From: Collinsella sp.
Lineage (GTDB): Bacteria; Actinomycetota; Coriobacteriia; Coriobacteriales; Coriobacteriaceae
Assembly: GCA_048189345.1 (NCBI GenBank)
Contig: DBEZGO010000044.1
Coordinates: forward strand, 457 to 64,456
Direction of reading: 5' to 3'
Length of the DNA stretch: 64,000 nt
In this document: positions 51,637-61,842 of the stretch, in pieces
Position numbering within the stretch: position 1 is the first letter of the stretch
How the letters are laid out: the number at the start of each line of letters is the position of its first letter
Program-made: the position numbers and the translations under genes
The notes under the pieces: generated by a model
The model's input: the letters and a program-made list of their open reading frames with translations, nothing else
Databases searched by the model: none
Told to the model about the DNA's origin: nothing

Positions 51637-52107
51637 CTAGCGTGCGATCTTGGCGATGGTGTAGACGCGAGTCTTGCCGGAAGGCGTAACGACCTCGACG
51701 GAATCACCCTCGCCGTGACCGATGATGGCGTGACCGACCGGAGACTCGTTGGAGATCTTGTGCTCGAGCGAGTTGGTCTCGGTGGTACCGACGAGCGTGA
51801 CTTCCATGACCTCGCCGTTGGGATCAATCAGCGAAACGGTGGAACCGATGGAGACGGTCAGGTCGCCCGTGGTGGCAGCAACCTGAGCGTTGGCGAGGAT
51901 GGCCTGGATCTCGGCAATACGAGCGGCGTTCTGGGCCTGCTTGTCCTTAGCGGCGTCGTACTCGGAGTTCTCCGAAAGGTCGCCGAACGCGCGGGCTTCC
52001 TTGATGTCCTCGACGATCTCCTTGGCGTAATCGCCCTCACGCCAAGCGAGCTCCTCGACGAGCTTCTGGCGGCCCTCAGCGGTCAGTACGATCTGGCTTG
52101 CGTCCAT
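51637..52107 (-). CDS. greA: Transcription elongation factor GreA
   Basis: ARAFGDLSENSEYDAAK, ISNESPVG. Confidence 0.96.
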   Translation of the reverse strand: MDASQIVLTAEGRQKLVEELAWREGDYAKEIVEDIKEARAFGDLSENSEYDAAKDKQAQNAARIAEIQAILANAQVAATTGDLTVSIGSTVSLIDPNGEVMEVTLVGTTETNSLEHKISNESPVGHAIIGHGEGDSVEVVTPSGKTRVYTIAKIAR

Positions 52108-52213
52108 ACGGATATCTCCCCAACTCTGATCAAACAATCAACTGTCAACAAAACGAAAAAGACCGGCTAGCCTGCGGGCAAGCCGGTCAGGTGCTCACCC
52201 CAAAGGGATGGGA

Positions 52214-52489
52214 CTACTCTGCGTCCGCGTCGCTGTCCTCTGCCTGCTTCTTCTTGGCAGCAGCGAGCTTGGCCTCGAGCTCAGCGATCTCCTTGTCCTC
52301 CTCGGACTGCTCGACCACGACCTCCTCGGCCTGCTTGGTCTCGGCCTTATCGTCGCCCTCCATACCCTCGCGGATATTCTTGACGGTAGAGCCGAGGGAC
52401 TTGCCGAGCTTCGGCAGGTTCTTGGGCCCGAAGATAATCAGGACAACGACGAGAATAATGATGAGCTCAGGAGCCCTCAGTCCAAACAT
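52214..52489 (-). CDS. tatA: Twin-arginine translocase TatA
   Basis: MFGLRAPELIIILVVVLIIFGPKNLPKLGKSLG; RBS GGAGG. Confidence 0.93.
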   Translation of the reverse strand: MFGLRAPELIIILVVVLIIFGPKNLPKLGKSLGSTVKNIREGMEGDDKAETKQAEEVVVEQSEEDKEIAELEAKLAAAKKKQAEDSDADAE

Positions 52490-52601
52490 GTAGACCTCCA
52501 CAATACAGCGAGACAAGCTCGAATGAGTATACCGCGGGTATCGCGGTATCACAACACTAGCTAAAAAAAGGGACCGCAAGAAGCGGTCCCTCCTCATGCT
52601 C

Positions 52602-52678
52602 TGGTCGGGTTGACTGGATTTGAACCAGCGACCCCTGCGTCCCGAACGCAGTGCTCTACCAAACTGAGCCACAACCCG
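52602..52678 (-). tRNA. tRNA-Pro (CGG)
   Basis: Anticodon arm CTGCGTTCGGGACGCAG; CCA end; terminator at about 52564-52592. Confidence 0.95.
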
Positions 52679-52727
52679 TTAGCTTGACTATAGTAACAAA
52701 GATTTTCGTCGTGTGCTAGAGAAATTT

Positions 52728-53624
52728 TTATTTCTTTGGCGCGTCGATTTGAACCGTGTTGGGAATAAGCTCAGTCGCGCAGGCCCACCAGCCATTTTGC
52801 TGGGCAGCATCGGCAAGCCTTTCGGCCGTGGCAGCGGTGTCGCAAATGGCAAACGAGCAGGCACCCGATCCGCACACATCTACAGCAACGGTTCCGTCCT
52901 GTTTACGCAGCCAGTCGAGGACCGTTTGAATCTGCGACTCCATCTGTGCGGAAATGACACCAAGGTTGTTATGGATGAGCGCATATGCCGTCTCAGCATC
53001 ACCAGCACGCAAGGCAGAAGCTATCGCGCCGGGCTCGTCCGCAGGCACCGGGGCCTCGTCAAAACGTCGATAGGCTTCAATTGTCGAAACGCTTGCCTCG
53101 CGCGGCTTGACCAGCACGACGGGCGTCGCGGGCAGCGCGGGGTACTCAGTTGCCAGCACGTCTCCCCCGCCTACGTAGAACGCAGGACTCGCGTGCAAAA
53201 AGAACGGGACGTCAGCACCAATGCCCCGCGCAATGTCGTCGAGCGCCGGGTCGGTGCGATCAATGCCCCAGAGCTCTGCCAAGGCGACAATGACCGCGGC
53301 CGCATCCGTCGAGGGGCCGCCCAAGCCGGCGCACAATGGAATGCGCTTCTCAATCGTCACGCAGATGTTTGCCTCGCGACCATAATGCTCGGCCATAGCA
53401 ACCGCAGCCCGATACGCCGTATTCTTTTGCATGGGAAAATCTGATGCTGGAACCGTCTGGACGGTCAGCGCCTGCGACGGCGTGACCGTCACGGTATCGG
53501 AAAGACCGACGGCCGCCATCAGGGAATCGACCCTGTGGTAGCCGCGGTCATCGCGCTCGGTATGAACCCCCAGGTAGAGGTTAATCTTTGCCGGCGCGGA
53601 AAGAGTCAGGGACCGATCGGTCAC
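52728..53624 (-). CDS. ispE: 4-diphosphocytidyl-2-C-methyl-D-erythritol kinase
   Basis: APAKINLYL, KRIPLCAGLGGPSTDAAA, IGADVPFF, GSG. Confidence 0.93.
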   Translation of the reverse strand: MTDRSLTLSAPAKINLYLGVHTERDDRGYHRVDSLMAAVGLSDTVTVTPSQALTVQTVPASDFPMQKNTAYRAAVAMAEHYGREANICVTIEKRIPLCAGLGGPSTDAAAVIVALAELWGIDRTDPALDDIARGIGADVPFFLHASPAFYVGGGDVLATEYPALPATPVVLVKPREASVSTIEAYRRFDEAPVPADEPGAIASALRAGDAETAYALIHNNLGVISAQMESQIQTVLDWLRKQDGTVAVDVCGSGACSFAICDTAATAERLADAAQQNGWWACATELIPNTVQIDAPKK

Positions 53625-53626
53625 CG

Positions 53627-53923
53627 TTAATGCTCCTCGAGCTGATTGCCGAGCGGGGTAAAGATGTGCTCGCCGCTCTCGGGGTCGAACAGCTCGACCT
53701 GACCGGTGAGCACATCGATATACTGGTAGGACTGACGCGACTTGCGGCCGCGACGCTCGTCGACCTCGACAATGAAGACGGCCGGGTGGACGCTCTTGAT
53801 GGTGCCCATGCGCTCGACGACGCGGGTACGGCCCATGTTGGCCTTAACCTTGACGCGATCGCCCACCATATCGGTCAGCTTCTCGTGGATGTCGTCGACG
53901 TGATTGACTTCCATCTCTTCCAT
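53627..53923 (-). CDS. veg: Veg family protein
   Basis: VKANMGRTR..HPAVFIV..SYQYIDVLT; upstream of ispE. Confidence 0.85.
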   Translation of the reverse strand: MEEMEVNHVDDIHEKLTDMVGDRVKVKANMGRTRVVERMGTIKSVHPAVFIVEVDERRGRKSRQSYQYIDVLTGQVELFDPESGEHIFTPLGNQLEEH

Positions 53924-54051
53924 GAACAGGGCCTCCAGAAGGTGCAATTCAAAAAGGGGATAATACCCCTAAGATAGACAAAACTCTAATACTATAGCAC
54001 CCTGTTGTGGCCATACGCAAGTAGCTAAAAACCCGGTCCCAAATTGATTAC

Positions 54052-54498
54052 TTACAGACTATCGGTGTCCAAGACGATGGTGAATGGGCCGTCGTTGACC
54101 AGGTCGACCTTCATGTCGGCGCCAAAGATACCGTGCGCCACATGCTCAACGTCCTCGCGCACAAGCGTCAAGAAGTACTCGTAGAGCTCGTTGGCGACAT
54201 CGGGGGCGCCGGCATCCGTAAACGACGGACGGCGGCCGTGGCGGCAGTCGGCAAACAGCGTGAACTGCGACACCACGAGTACCTCGCCGTCGACATCGGC
54301 AAGTGCCAGGTTGGTCTTGCCGTTCTCATCCTCGTTGATACGCAGCCCGCGGAGCTTGCCCCACAGCTTGTCGGCCTCGGCACGCGTATCGCCATGGCCC
54401 ACACCCAGCAGCACCAGGTAGCCGCGTCCAATGCGACCCACGCACTCGCCGTCGACCGTCACGCCGGCGTTGAGCACGCGCTGCACCACCGCGCGCAC
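54052..54498 (-). CDS. dtd: D-aminoacyl-tRNA deacylase
   Basis: RAVVQRV, SQFTL, GRRPSF, NDGPFT. Confidence 0.95.
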   Translation of the reverse strand: MRAVVQRVLNAGVTVDGECVGRIGRGYLVLLGVGHGDTRAEADKLWGKLRGLRINEDENGKTNLALADVDGEVLVVSQFTLFADCRHGRRPSFTDAGAPDVANELYEYFLTLVREDVEHVAHGIFGADMKVDLVNDGPFTIVLDTDSL

Positions 54499-54501
54499 GG
54501 C

Positions 54502-55143
54502 CTACTCCTCGCCCGTCAGTTTGGCGGATAGGTGCTCGAGCGCATGGAATCGATGGCTGATGGCGTTCTTCTCGTCCGCCGTCAGCTCGGCCATGGTCTT
54601 GCCCGGCGTGTCGACCGGCAGGAACAGCGGGTCATAGCCAAAGCCGTGATCGCCGCGCCCCTCGTGTGCGATAGTGCCCTCGCAGGCGCCCTCACCATAG
54701 GTGACCAAACCGTCCGTGTCGATGAGTGCAACGACGCTCATAAAGCGCGCGGTGCGATCCTCGTCGGCCACGCCTTCCAGGTTAACGAGCAGCTTGGCGT
54801 TGTTGGCGGCATCGTCGCCATGCACGCCCGCATAGCGCGCGCTATACACGCCCGGCTCGCCGTCCAGGGCATCAACGACCAAGCCCGAATCGTCGGCAAT
54901 GGCCATGAGCCCCGTCTCCTCGACCGCAGCCTGCGCCTTGATGATGGCGTTCTCCAAAAACGTCGTGCCGTTTTCCTCGGGGTCCTCAAAATCGCCCAGC
55001 TGACCGAGCGCCACAAAGCGTACCTCGGGCATGACCTTGCCCAAAATGACCTCGATCTCGGTGAGCTTATGGGCGTTGCCGGTTGCCACGACGATGGTCG
55101 CCGCCGGGTCGAGGGTGTCGATGTCAATCTTCTCAAGTGCCAT
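54502..55143 (-). CDS. rdgB: RdgB/HAM1 non-canonical purine NTP pyrophosphatase
   Basis: ATGNAHKLTE, ADDSGL, PGVYSARY, GFGYDPLF, KNAISHR. Confidence 0.95.
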   Translation of the reverse strand: MALEKIDIDTLDPAATIVVATGNAHKLTEIEVILGKVMPEVRFVALGQLGDFEDPEENGTTFLENAIIKAQAAVEETGLMAIADDSGLVVDALDGEPGVYSARYAGVHGDDAANNAKLLVNLEGVADEDRTARFMSVVALIDTDGLVTYGEGACEGTIAHEGRGDHGFGYDPLFLPVDTPGKTMAELTADEKNAISHRFHALEHLSAKLTGEE

Positions 55144-55246
55144 AGCTGGCCTCCTTGTCTCTATAGCAATGCCATGTTGAGGACGACGAGGACCTCGGCC
55201 TCTCTCCCCTCTCAATCAACGGCAGTCTTATACTTCGACGTTTTCC

Positions 55247-55290
55247 CAGATAAAACCTACCAAAATAAACCTGTCCCTTTTTGGTAGGTT
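55247..55290 (-). repeat. 44-bp REP-like element, second copy, abutting the rph stop codon
   Basis: Reverse complement matches 15910-15953 at 43/44 positions. Confidence 0.85.
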
Positions 55291-56014
55291 AGGCGAGGGC
55301 TTGGCGCTGGAGCTCGATGAGCTCGGCGATACCCTTGTCGCCCAGGTCGAGCAGGGCGTTGAGGCGTTTGCGGTCGAAGGGCGCCTGCTCGCCAGTGCCC
55401 TGGAGCTCGATCATCTCACCAGTGTCGGTGGCGACGAGGTTCATGTCGACCTCGGCATGGCTGTCCTCGGAATAATCCAAGTCGAGCAGAGTGTTGCCGT
55501 CGACAACGCCCATGGAGATGGCAGCCACCTGGCCGATAAGCGGGATGCGCTCGATCTTGCCCGCCTCGACCCACATGGCGAGGGCGTCGTGCAGCGCCAC
55601 CCAGGCGCCGGTGATGCTCGCTGTACGCGTGCCGCCATCGGCCTGAATCACATCGCAGTCGACGGTGACGGTGTACTCGCCGAGCGCCTTCATGTTGACG
55701 ACGGTACGCAGGCTGCGGCCAATGAGGCGCTCGATCTCCATGGAGCGGCCCTTGCGGTTGGCGTGCTCGCGCTTGCAGCGCTTGCCGGTCGACGCCGGCA
55801 GCATGGCGTATTCCGCGGTCACCCAGCCGGCCTTAGCTCCCTTTCGCCAGCCCGGCACGCCCTCCTCGATAGTGGCGGCGCACAGCACGCGCGTGTCACC
55901 GAACTCGGCCAGACACGAGCCGTGAGCGTGCTTCATGACGCCACGGGTGAGCTTAACGGGGCGCAACTCGTTGGCGGCGCGACCGTTGGCGCGGTTGACC
56001 TGCATGTACTCCAT
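55289..56014 (-). CDS. rph: Ribonuclease PH
   Basis: [47 protein letters not shown]. Confidence 0.96.
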   Translation of the reverse strand: MEYMQVNRANGRAANELRPVKLTRGVMKHAHGSCLAEFGDTRVLCAATIEEGVPGWRKGAKAGWVTAEYAMLPASTGKRCKREHANRKGRSMEIERLIGRSLRTVVNMKALGEYTVTVDCDVIQADGGTRTASITGAWVALHDALAMWVEAGKIERIPLIGQVAAISMGVVDGNTLLDLDYSEDSHAEVDMNLVATDTGEMIELQGTGEQAPFDRKRLNALLDLGDKGIAELIELQRQALA

Positions 56015-56068
56015 AGAAATTTCCTTTCGGCAAAAGATGTGGCGAAGGCTCTGGCAGCTGCCTTACAT

Positions 56069-56953
56069 CTATTTCAGCTCATCGATATCGATATGTTCGA
56101 TGCTCTTGAGCGGCTGACCAAAGATAAAGCTGCCCGCCACCGCAAACTCGGCAATGTTATCGGCCGTCGTGGCAAAACGATGCTGCGGCTCGGCGGCGTC
56201 GCCCGCCAGCTGCTCGCGGCGCGTGAGGATATCGGTCAGCTCGCGCGTGGTCTCCTCGGCGGAACTCACGACGCGCACCCCAGGCCCCAGCGCATGGCGG
56301 ATAGGTCCCACCAACAGCGGAAAATGCGTACAGCCGAGCACCACGGTATCGATGCCGTGGTCGCGCAGCGGCTCAACCGTGGCACCCACCAGCGCACGCA
56401 CGGCAGGCGTATCGAAGATGTCCTCGTTCTCAAGCCACTGTTCCTGCAGATGTGCACCCGAGGCGAGCTCGTGTTCGACAACCTCGACAAAGCTCGAGGC
56501 TGGACAGCCGTATACATCGACGCCGGCATCCAGGTCCTGAATGGCGCGCGTATAGGCGCCCGAGCGAATAGTGAGGTTGGTGGCGAGCACGCCCACGCGA
56601 CGCGTACGCGTGCTGTTGATTGCCGCACGGGCACCCGGCGCGATCACACCGATCACGGGAACGTCGAGCACCTGCTGGGCCAGACGCAAGGCCGCAGCGG
56701 TCGCCGTGTTGCAGGCGATGACCATAATCTTGACGTCGTGCTTCGAAAGCCAACGACCCGCCTGCAACGCAAACGAGCGCACTTCATCCTCGGTGCGCGT
56801 GCCGTAGGGGCAGCGCTTGGTGTCGCCAAAGTAGTAGACGGACTCGTGCGGCAGCGCCGTCGCGATGGCGCGCGCAACCGTCAGACCGCCCAAACCAGAA
56901 TCGAACACGCCAATCGGGCGCGTGTCGCCTGCCGGATTCTCGATATCGGACAT
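56069..56953 (-). CDS. murI: Glutamate racemase
   Basis: FDSGLGGLTV, PYG, IACNTA, LGCTHF. Confidence 0.96.
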   Translation of the reverse strand: MSDIENPAGDTRPIGVFDSGLGGLTVARAIATALPHESVYYFGDTKRCPYGTRTEDEVRSFALQAGRWLSKHDVKIMVIACNTATAAALRLAQQVLDVPVIGVIAPGARAAINSTRTRRVGVLATNLTIRSGAYTRAIQDLDAGVDVYGCPASSFVEVVEHELASGAHLQEQWLENEDIFDTPAVRALVGATVEPLRDHGIDTVVLGCTHFPLLVGPIRHALGPGVRVVSSAEETTRELTDILTRREQLAGDAAEPQHRFATTADNIAEFAVAGSFIFGQPLKSIEHIDIDELK

Positions 56954-57004
56954 TACCTCACCAGTCTCTCTCGAAAAGACATGTCCAAGTGCGGCGGCGG
57001 CGCG

Positions 57005-57916
57005 CTACGAACGCGCCGCGACCAGCAGCTCTGCCGTCGCCGCCCAACCGTCGACAATTTTGCCACGCGTAACGAAAGCGTTCTCGCAAGCAGCCAGGAA
57101 CTCGGGCGCGCCGGCGCTCGTCAGGCCATTCTCGACCAGGCAGAACGTGCCCACGTGATCGGCCATGTAGAAGTCGGACTCGGAATCGCCGAGCGCCAAC
57201 GTCTCCTCGCGCTCGATCCCCAGGTGCTCGCAGAAGTGCGCAATGGCGACGCCTTTGTTGAGGCCCGCGGGGTTGATGTTGAATGCGCGACCGTCCTCGA
57301 CGCGATCGAGCTCGAGCGTCGTCGGCTTGGACAGATGCGTCAGGTGACCGTTACAGGCCCACACCAGGCCGCAGCCGGCCTCGTCCAGGATGGCCTGGAC
57401 CTCATTGTCGGGCACATCGCCGCGCATGCCGACGGTGACCTCGCGGTACTTGTAGCCGGTCGACATGTCGTTGTGATACTCGATCTTGTGCGGCCAGCGG
57501 GCAAGGATCTTCTCGCACACGCCGGTCTGCTCGATCACCTGGTGCGGAGTAAGGCCGCAGACGGGGTCGTAAGGCATGTCGCCGGTCAGATACTCCCAAT
57601 CGTTGGCCTTGAGGTCGTACATAACCAGGCCGCCCATCTCACCAATGTAGGAGTTGAGGCCGAGCACGCGCGCGTCCTCGTGGATCATGGTACGGTTGCG
57701 GCCCGAGGTGGGAACCACCTGAATGCCAGCACGAGCGAGCGCCACGACGGCCTCGACGAGTTTGGTCGAGGGGTTGCCGTCGTTGTCGCGCAGCAAGCAC
57801 GAGCCGGGTGCAAGCATCGTGGCATCCAGGTCGGTAAAGACGTATTTGACCTTGGCCAAGCGCTCGCGCATCTCGCCCGAAAGCTCAGCGACGGTCGGCA
57901 GGGTATTGTGGGACAT
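57005..57916 (-). CDS. HAD-superfamily (Cof-like) hydrolase
   Basis: FTDLDATML, TSGR, NKG, LGDSESD. Confidence 0.85.
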   Translation of the reverse strand: MSHNTLPTVAELSGEMRERLAKVKYVFTDLDATMLAPGSCLLRDNDGNPSTKLVEAVVALARAGIQVVPTSGRNRTMIHEDARVLGLNSYIGEMGGLVMYDLKANDWEYLTGDMPYDPVCGLTPHQVIEQTGVCEKILARWPHKIEYHNDMSTGYKYREVTVGMRGDVPDNEVQAILDEAGCGLVWACNGHLTHLSKPTTLELDRVEDGRAFNINPAGLNKGVAIAHFCEHLGIEREETLALGDSESDFYMADHVGTFCLVENGLTSAGAPEFLAACENAFVTRGKIVDGWAATAELLVAARS

Positions 57917-58023
57917 GGTTACTCCGTTTACGTAGAAGGGTTTGGACTTGGACGGCATGTTTTGATTGAGGGAACACGCTTATGGCGACAGCGCACTCAG
58001 GGCGCCGCCGCCATCATGGTTCA

Positions 58024-59586
58024 TTAGTCAAACTGGGTAACATCGATTAGGCGATTGGCCAGCGAAAGGTCGCTCTCGATGGGCACGAACTCATCGCCCA
58101 CGTGCATGAGCTCCTCGTCACCCTTTGCCAGCAGCAAGACAATAGTGGGAGCATCGGGGTTGACGTACTCCTCGCGCGCCGCCTTGAACGCCGCATGCAC
58201 AGCGGCTTCGCGGTCGAGGATGATCTTGTTCGGCGTATCGTCGGGAACATGTTCGGCAAGCTCGCGACAGACCTTCATCGGGTCCTCGTGAGCCGGGTCC
58301 TCGTTGGCAAAGATCATCAGGTCGGAATATGGTGCGGCCTCGCGCGGAAGCTGCTCGCGGCGCTCCTGTGCCTTGCCACCGGCAGCGCCAAACACTGCGA
58401 TAACCGGGCTGGCGGGAAACGCGCGCTTGACCGACGAGAAAAGCGAGCGGAACGAAAGCTGGTTGTGCGCGTAGTCGACGACGCAAATCACGCGGCCGTC
58501 CTTCGACTCCACGACCTCCATACGGCCCGGCACACGCAGTTTGGAGAGGCCCTTCTTGATGGCCTCGATACCGATGCCGATCTCGCGCGCGGCGGCGATA
58601 GCGACCAGCGCGTTCTCCACGTTAAAGTCTCCCGCGATGCCCAGCAGGACCTTCTCCCCCGCCTCGGACTCGTCGGCACACAGGCCATGCAAGTTGAACT
58701 CGATGCTAAAGCCGACCATGCGTACGTCGCTCGCCCACAGGCTTGCCTCGGGATGCTCGACGCCAACGGTCACCAAGCGCTCGGCCGTCGACGCTGCCTC
58801 CAGCACGCGGTCGACCTCTTCGGTGCCCAGATTCACCACGGCGGTCTTTGCCTGGTCAAAGATCCTGAGTTTGCTCTCAAAATAATCCTCAAACGTGGGG
58901 TGTTCGATCGGCGAGATATGGTCGCGGCCGATGTTGAGGAAGCACGCCACGTCAAACGGCAGATTCTCGACGCGTTGGTACTTGAGCGCCTGGCTCGAGA
59001 CCTCCATGACCATGGACTGGCGACCGGACGTGCGACAGTTGGCGATATGGCGCCAGACCTCGGGAGCCTCGGGCGTGGTGTTGGTGCTCTCGTAGCACTC
59101 GATACCATCGTCGGTACTCACCGAGCCGATCATGCCGCAGGACTCGCCCGCCGCCTTGATGATGGACTGGAGCATAAAAGCGGCCGTGGTCTTTCCCTTG
59201 GTGCCGGTGATGCCCACGATCTTGACGTCGCGGTCGGGACGGTCGTAGACCTCCGGCGGCAACAAGGCCATGGCCGTGCGAACGCTGTCCACGACCAGCA
59301 TCGCAGCACCGCTCTCCTGCGCCAGCGGCTCCAGAGACTCGACCAGCGACTCCTCGCACACAAATGCGACGGCACCCGCATCGAGCGCCATGCGCAAAAA
59401 CGCGGGCTTAAAGGCAGCACCTTTGCAGAAGAACACGTCACCTGCCGAGACCGCGCGCGAATCAAACGAGCAGCCGGTCACGGCACGCTCGTCAACCTGC
59501 TCCGATGCGCGCAGCTCGCCGCACACATCGAGAAGCTTGGCAAGCGCATCGACCGTGGTCACGATCGCGGAATCCGAATGGTGCAT
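58024..59586 (-). CDS. murE: UDP-MurNAc-tripeptide synthetase (MurE), probably L-Lys/L-Orn-adding
   Basis: GITGTKGKTT, NTTPE, MEVSSQ, DHISPIEH, VPGRME, VDYAHN; EDPA in place of DNPR. Confidence 0.88.
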   Translation of the reverse strand: MHHSDSAIVTTVDALAKLLDVCGELRASEQVDERAVTGCSFDSRAVSAGDVFFCKGAAFKPAFLRMALDAGAVAFVCEESLVESLEPLAQESGAAMLVVDSVRTAMALLPPEVYDRPDRDVKIVGITGTKGKTTAAFMLQSIIKAAGESCGMIGSVSTDDGIECYESTNTTPEAPEVWRHIANCRTSGRQSMVMEVSSQALKYQRVENLPFDVACFLNIGRDHISPIEHPTFEDYFESKLRIFDQAKTAVVNLGTEEVDRVLEAASTAERLVTVGVEHPEASLWASDVRMVGFSIEFNLHGLCADESEAGEKVLLGIAGDFNVENALVAIAAAREIGIGIEAIKKGLSKLRVPGRMEVVESKDGRVICVVDYAHNQLSFRSLFSSVKRAFPASPVIAVFGAAGGKAQERREQLPREAAPYSDLMIFANEDPAHEDPMKVCRELAEHVPDDTPNKIILDREAAVHAAFKAAREEYVNPDAPTIVLLLAKGDEELMHVGDEFVPIESDLSLANRLIDVTQFD

Positions 59587-59698
59587 CTTTCACCTTTCTC
59601 AGCCATTTGGCAGGGACGGTTTTTATAGTAACTGAAACGCACCCACGCAAAAACGGCTCCCGGAGGAGCCGTTACGCGCAGGCGTTCGTAAGCCGAGG

Positions 59699-61579
59699 CT
59701 AGGCAGCCTGAACAGCGGGCTGGTCCTCGTCGATAAAGAAGCGCTTGTACCACACCAGGAACACGAGCGGCGTATAGATCTTGCGCTGGAAATCGCCCTT
59801 GCCCGCAAAGTGCAGATCGAGCAGGTGCATGAGCTCGTCGGTATCGAAGAACTCGCTTGCCCACGGCGCGGTGAAGTACTCCTTGACATAGTCGTACCAC
59901 TTTTGCTCGCGCAGCCAGTAGACAATCGGCACCGGGAAGCCCACCTTGGGACGGGTGGCCCACTCATCGGGCAGCGACTTGTTGGCAGCGTGGCGGAGTA
60001 CCTGTTTGTTGCCGTTCTCGTTGATGCGGTAACGGTCGGGAATGTGTTCGGCGAACTCCATGACTTTGCGGTCCAGGAAGGGCACGCGCAGCTCCAGCGA
60101 GTGCGCCATGCACATCTTGTCGGCCTTGAGCAGAATGTCGCCCGGGAGCCACATGTTCATGTCCAGGTACTGTTTCTTGACCAGCTCGGGCTGACCCTTC
60201 ACGCGCGCATAGATGGGAGCGGCAAGCTCGAAGGCGCCGTCGCCGGTGTTGTACTCGGGCTTGAGCACGCCGTCGACCTCGCGCTCCGGCCATACCAGAG
60301 CCTGTCCCAGGAACGACTTCTCGGGGATCTCGGCACCCTTGACCAGGAAGTTATGTCCCTTGAAGTACGGCATATGCAGCGCCAGGTTACCGAGCGCGCG
60401 ACGGATGGGCAGCGGAACCATCTTTTTGTACTTACGCACCGGGACCGTATCCTCGTAGTAGGCGTAGCCGCCAAAGAGTTCGTCGGCGCCTTCGCCCGAA
60501 AGCACGACGGTAACGTCCTTGCGGGCCATCTCGGCCAAGAACCACAGCGGCACGGAAGACAGGTTGGACTGCGGCTCGTCCATGTGATACTGGATGTCCT
60601 CGAGCGCACCGAAGAACTCGTCGGCGGTGATCATCTTGCGAACGTTCTCGACGCCGAGCTTATCGGAAAGCTCCTTGGCGTAGTTGGTCTCGTTGAAATT
60701 CTTGTAGTCAAAGCCCACCGAGAAGGTCTTGTCGGGCATAAGGCAAGCGGCGATGTAGCTGGAGTCGACGCCACCGGAGAGGAACGACGCGACCTTGACA
60801 TCGGCGATGCGATGGGCCTCGACGCTCTCGTGCACGACCTCGTCCAGCTCGTCGACATACTCTTCGAACGGCTTCTCGACGGCAGAGTAATCGCAATCCC
60901 AGTAGCGCTCGATGTTCATCTTGCCGGTCGGGATATCGACGGTAAAGTAGTGCGCCGGCGGCAGCTTGTAGACACCCTCGAAGAAGGTCTCCTCAGTCGC
61001 CGAATACTGCAGCGTCATGTACGGACGCAGAGCCTTTTTGTTGACCGCCTTGTGGAAGTGCGGGTAGTCCAGGAAGCTCTTGATCTCGGAACCAAAGAGC
61101 ACGCCCGGAGCGCCGTCGCCCGCATCGGCCATGGGATAGTAGTAAAGCGGCTTGATGCCAAAGATGTCGCGGGCGCCAAAAAGCTTGTTCTTCTTTTTGT
61201 CCCAGATGACGAAGGCGTACATACCGCGCAGGCGATCGAGGACGGCCTCGCCCCACTCCTCGTAGCCGTGCAGGAGGCTCTCGGTGTCGGCGCCGCAGTG
61301 GAACTTGTAGCCCTTGGCCTCGAGCTCGGAACGGAGTTCTTGGAAGTTGTAGATCTCGCCGTTGAAGACAATGACGACGCTGCCGTCCTCGTTGGCCATG
61401 GGTTGAGCGCCGGCCTCGGTCAGGTCGAGGATCGACAGGCGGCGGAAGCCCAGGGCAACGCGGCCGTCGATAAACTGACCGCCCATGTCGGGACCGCGAT
61501 GGACGATGCGGTCCATCATCTTGGTGAGCACCTCGGATTGGTTATCCGTCCCACCGACAAAACCAACAAAACCGCACAT
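59699..61579 (-). CDS. asnB: Glutamine-hydrolysing asparagine synthase family amidotransferase
   Basis: MCG N-terminus, HRGPD, FNGEIYN, LSGGVDSS, SGEGADELFGGY, RVPFLD. Confidence 0.93.
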   Translation of the reverse strand: MCGFVGFVGGTDNQSEVLTKMMDRIVHRGPDMGGQFIDGRVALGFRRLSILDLTEAGAQPMANEDGSVVIVFNGEIYNFQELRSELEAKGYKFHCGADTESLLHGYEEWGEAVLDRLRGMYAFVIWDKKKNKLFGARDIFGIKPLYYYPMADAGDGAPGVLFGSEIKSFLDYPHFHKAVNKKALRPYMTLQYSATEETFFEGVYKLPPAHYFTVDIPTGKMNIERYWDCDYSAVEKPFEEYVDELDEVVHESVEAHRIADVKVASFLSGGVDSSYIAACLMPDKTFSVGFDYKNFNETNYAKELSDKLGVENVRKMITADEFFGALEDIQYHMDEPQSNLSSVPLWFLAEMARKDVTVVLSGEGADELFGGYAYYEDTVPVRKYKKMVPLPIRRALGNLALHMPYFKGHNFLVKGAEIPEKSFLGQALVWPEREVDGVLKPEYNTGDGAFELAAPIYARVKGQPELVKKQYLDMNMWLPGDILLKADKMCMAHSLELRVPFLDRKVMEFAEHIPDRYRINENGNKQVLRHAANKSLPDEWATRPKVGFPVPIVYWLREQKWYDYVKEYFTAPWASEFFDTDELMHLLDLHFAGKGDFQRKIYTPLVFLVWYKRFFIDEDQPAVQAA

Positions 61580-61766
61580 ATACTATCCCCTCTGCTGTTG
61601 CTGGGCATCAAATCGAATCAGTAGCTTTTGAGTATACCCGAGGGCGTAAAGAGGGGCGGAATGTTCAGGCAATCTCAACTGAATCAGCTCCGCGCCGACA
61701 CGCGCCAGTTACCTTTAATGGATATGAGATGAATGAGGCGATTGTTTTGCTATACTCTCTCCGCAC

Positions 61767-61842
61767 GGGCGATTGGCGCAACGGTTAGCGCAGGTGCTTT
61801 ACACGCACAAGGCTGGGGGTTCGAATCCCTCATCGCCCACCA
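61767..61842 (+). tRNA. tRNA-Val (TAC)
   Basis: Anticodon arm GTGCTTTACACGCAC; GGTTCGAATCC; CCA end. Confidence 0.93.

Noticed and set aside
55301..58027. 908-aa plus-strand ORF
   Set aside because: Antisense shadow of rph, murI and the HAD gene, expected from high-GC codon bias; no motifs
49668..61624. Long plus-strand ORFs 49668-51689, 58102-59628 and 59810-61624
   Set aside because: Antisense shadows of lysS, murE and asnB
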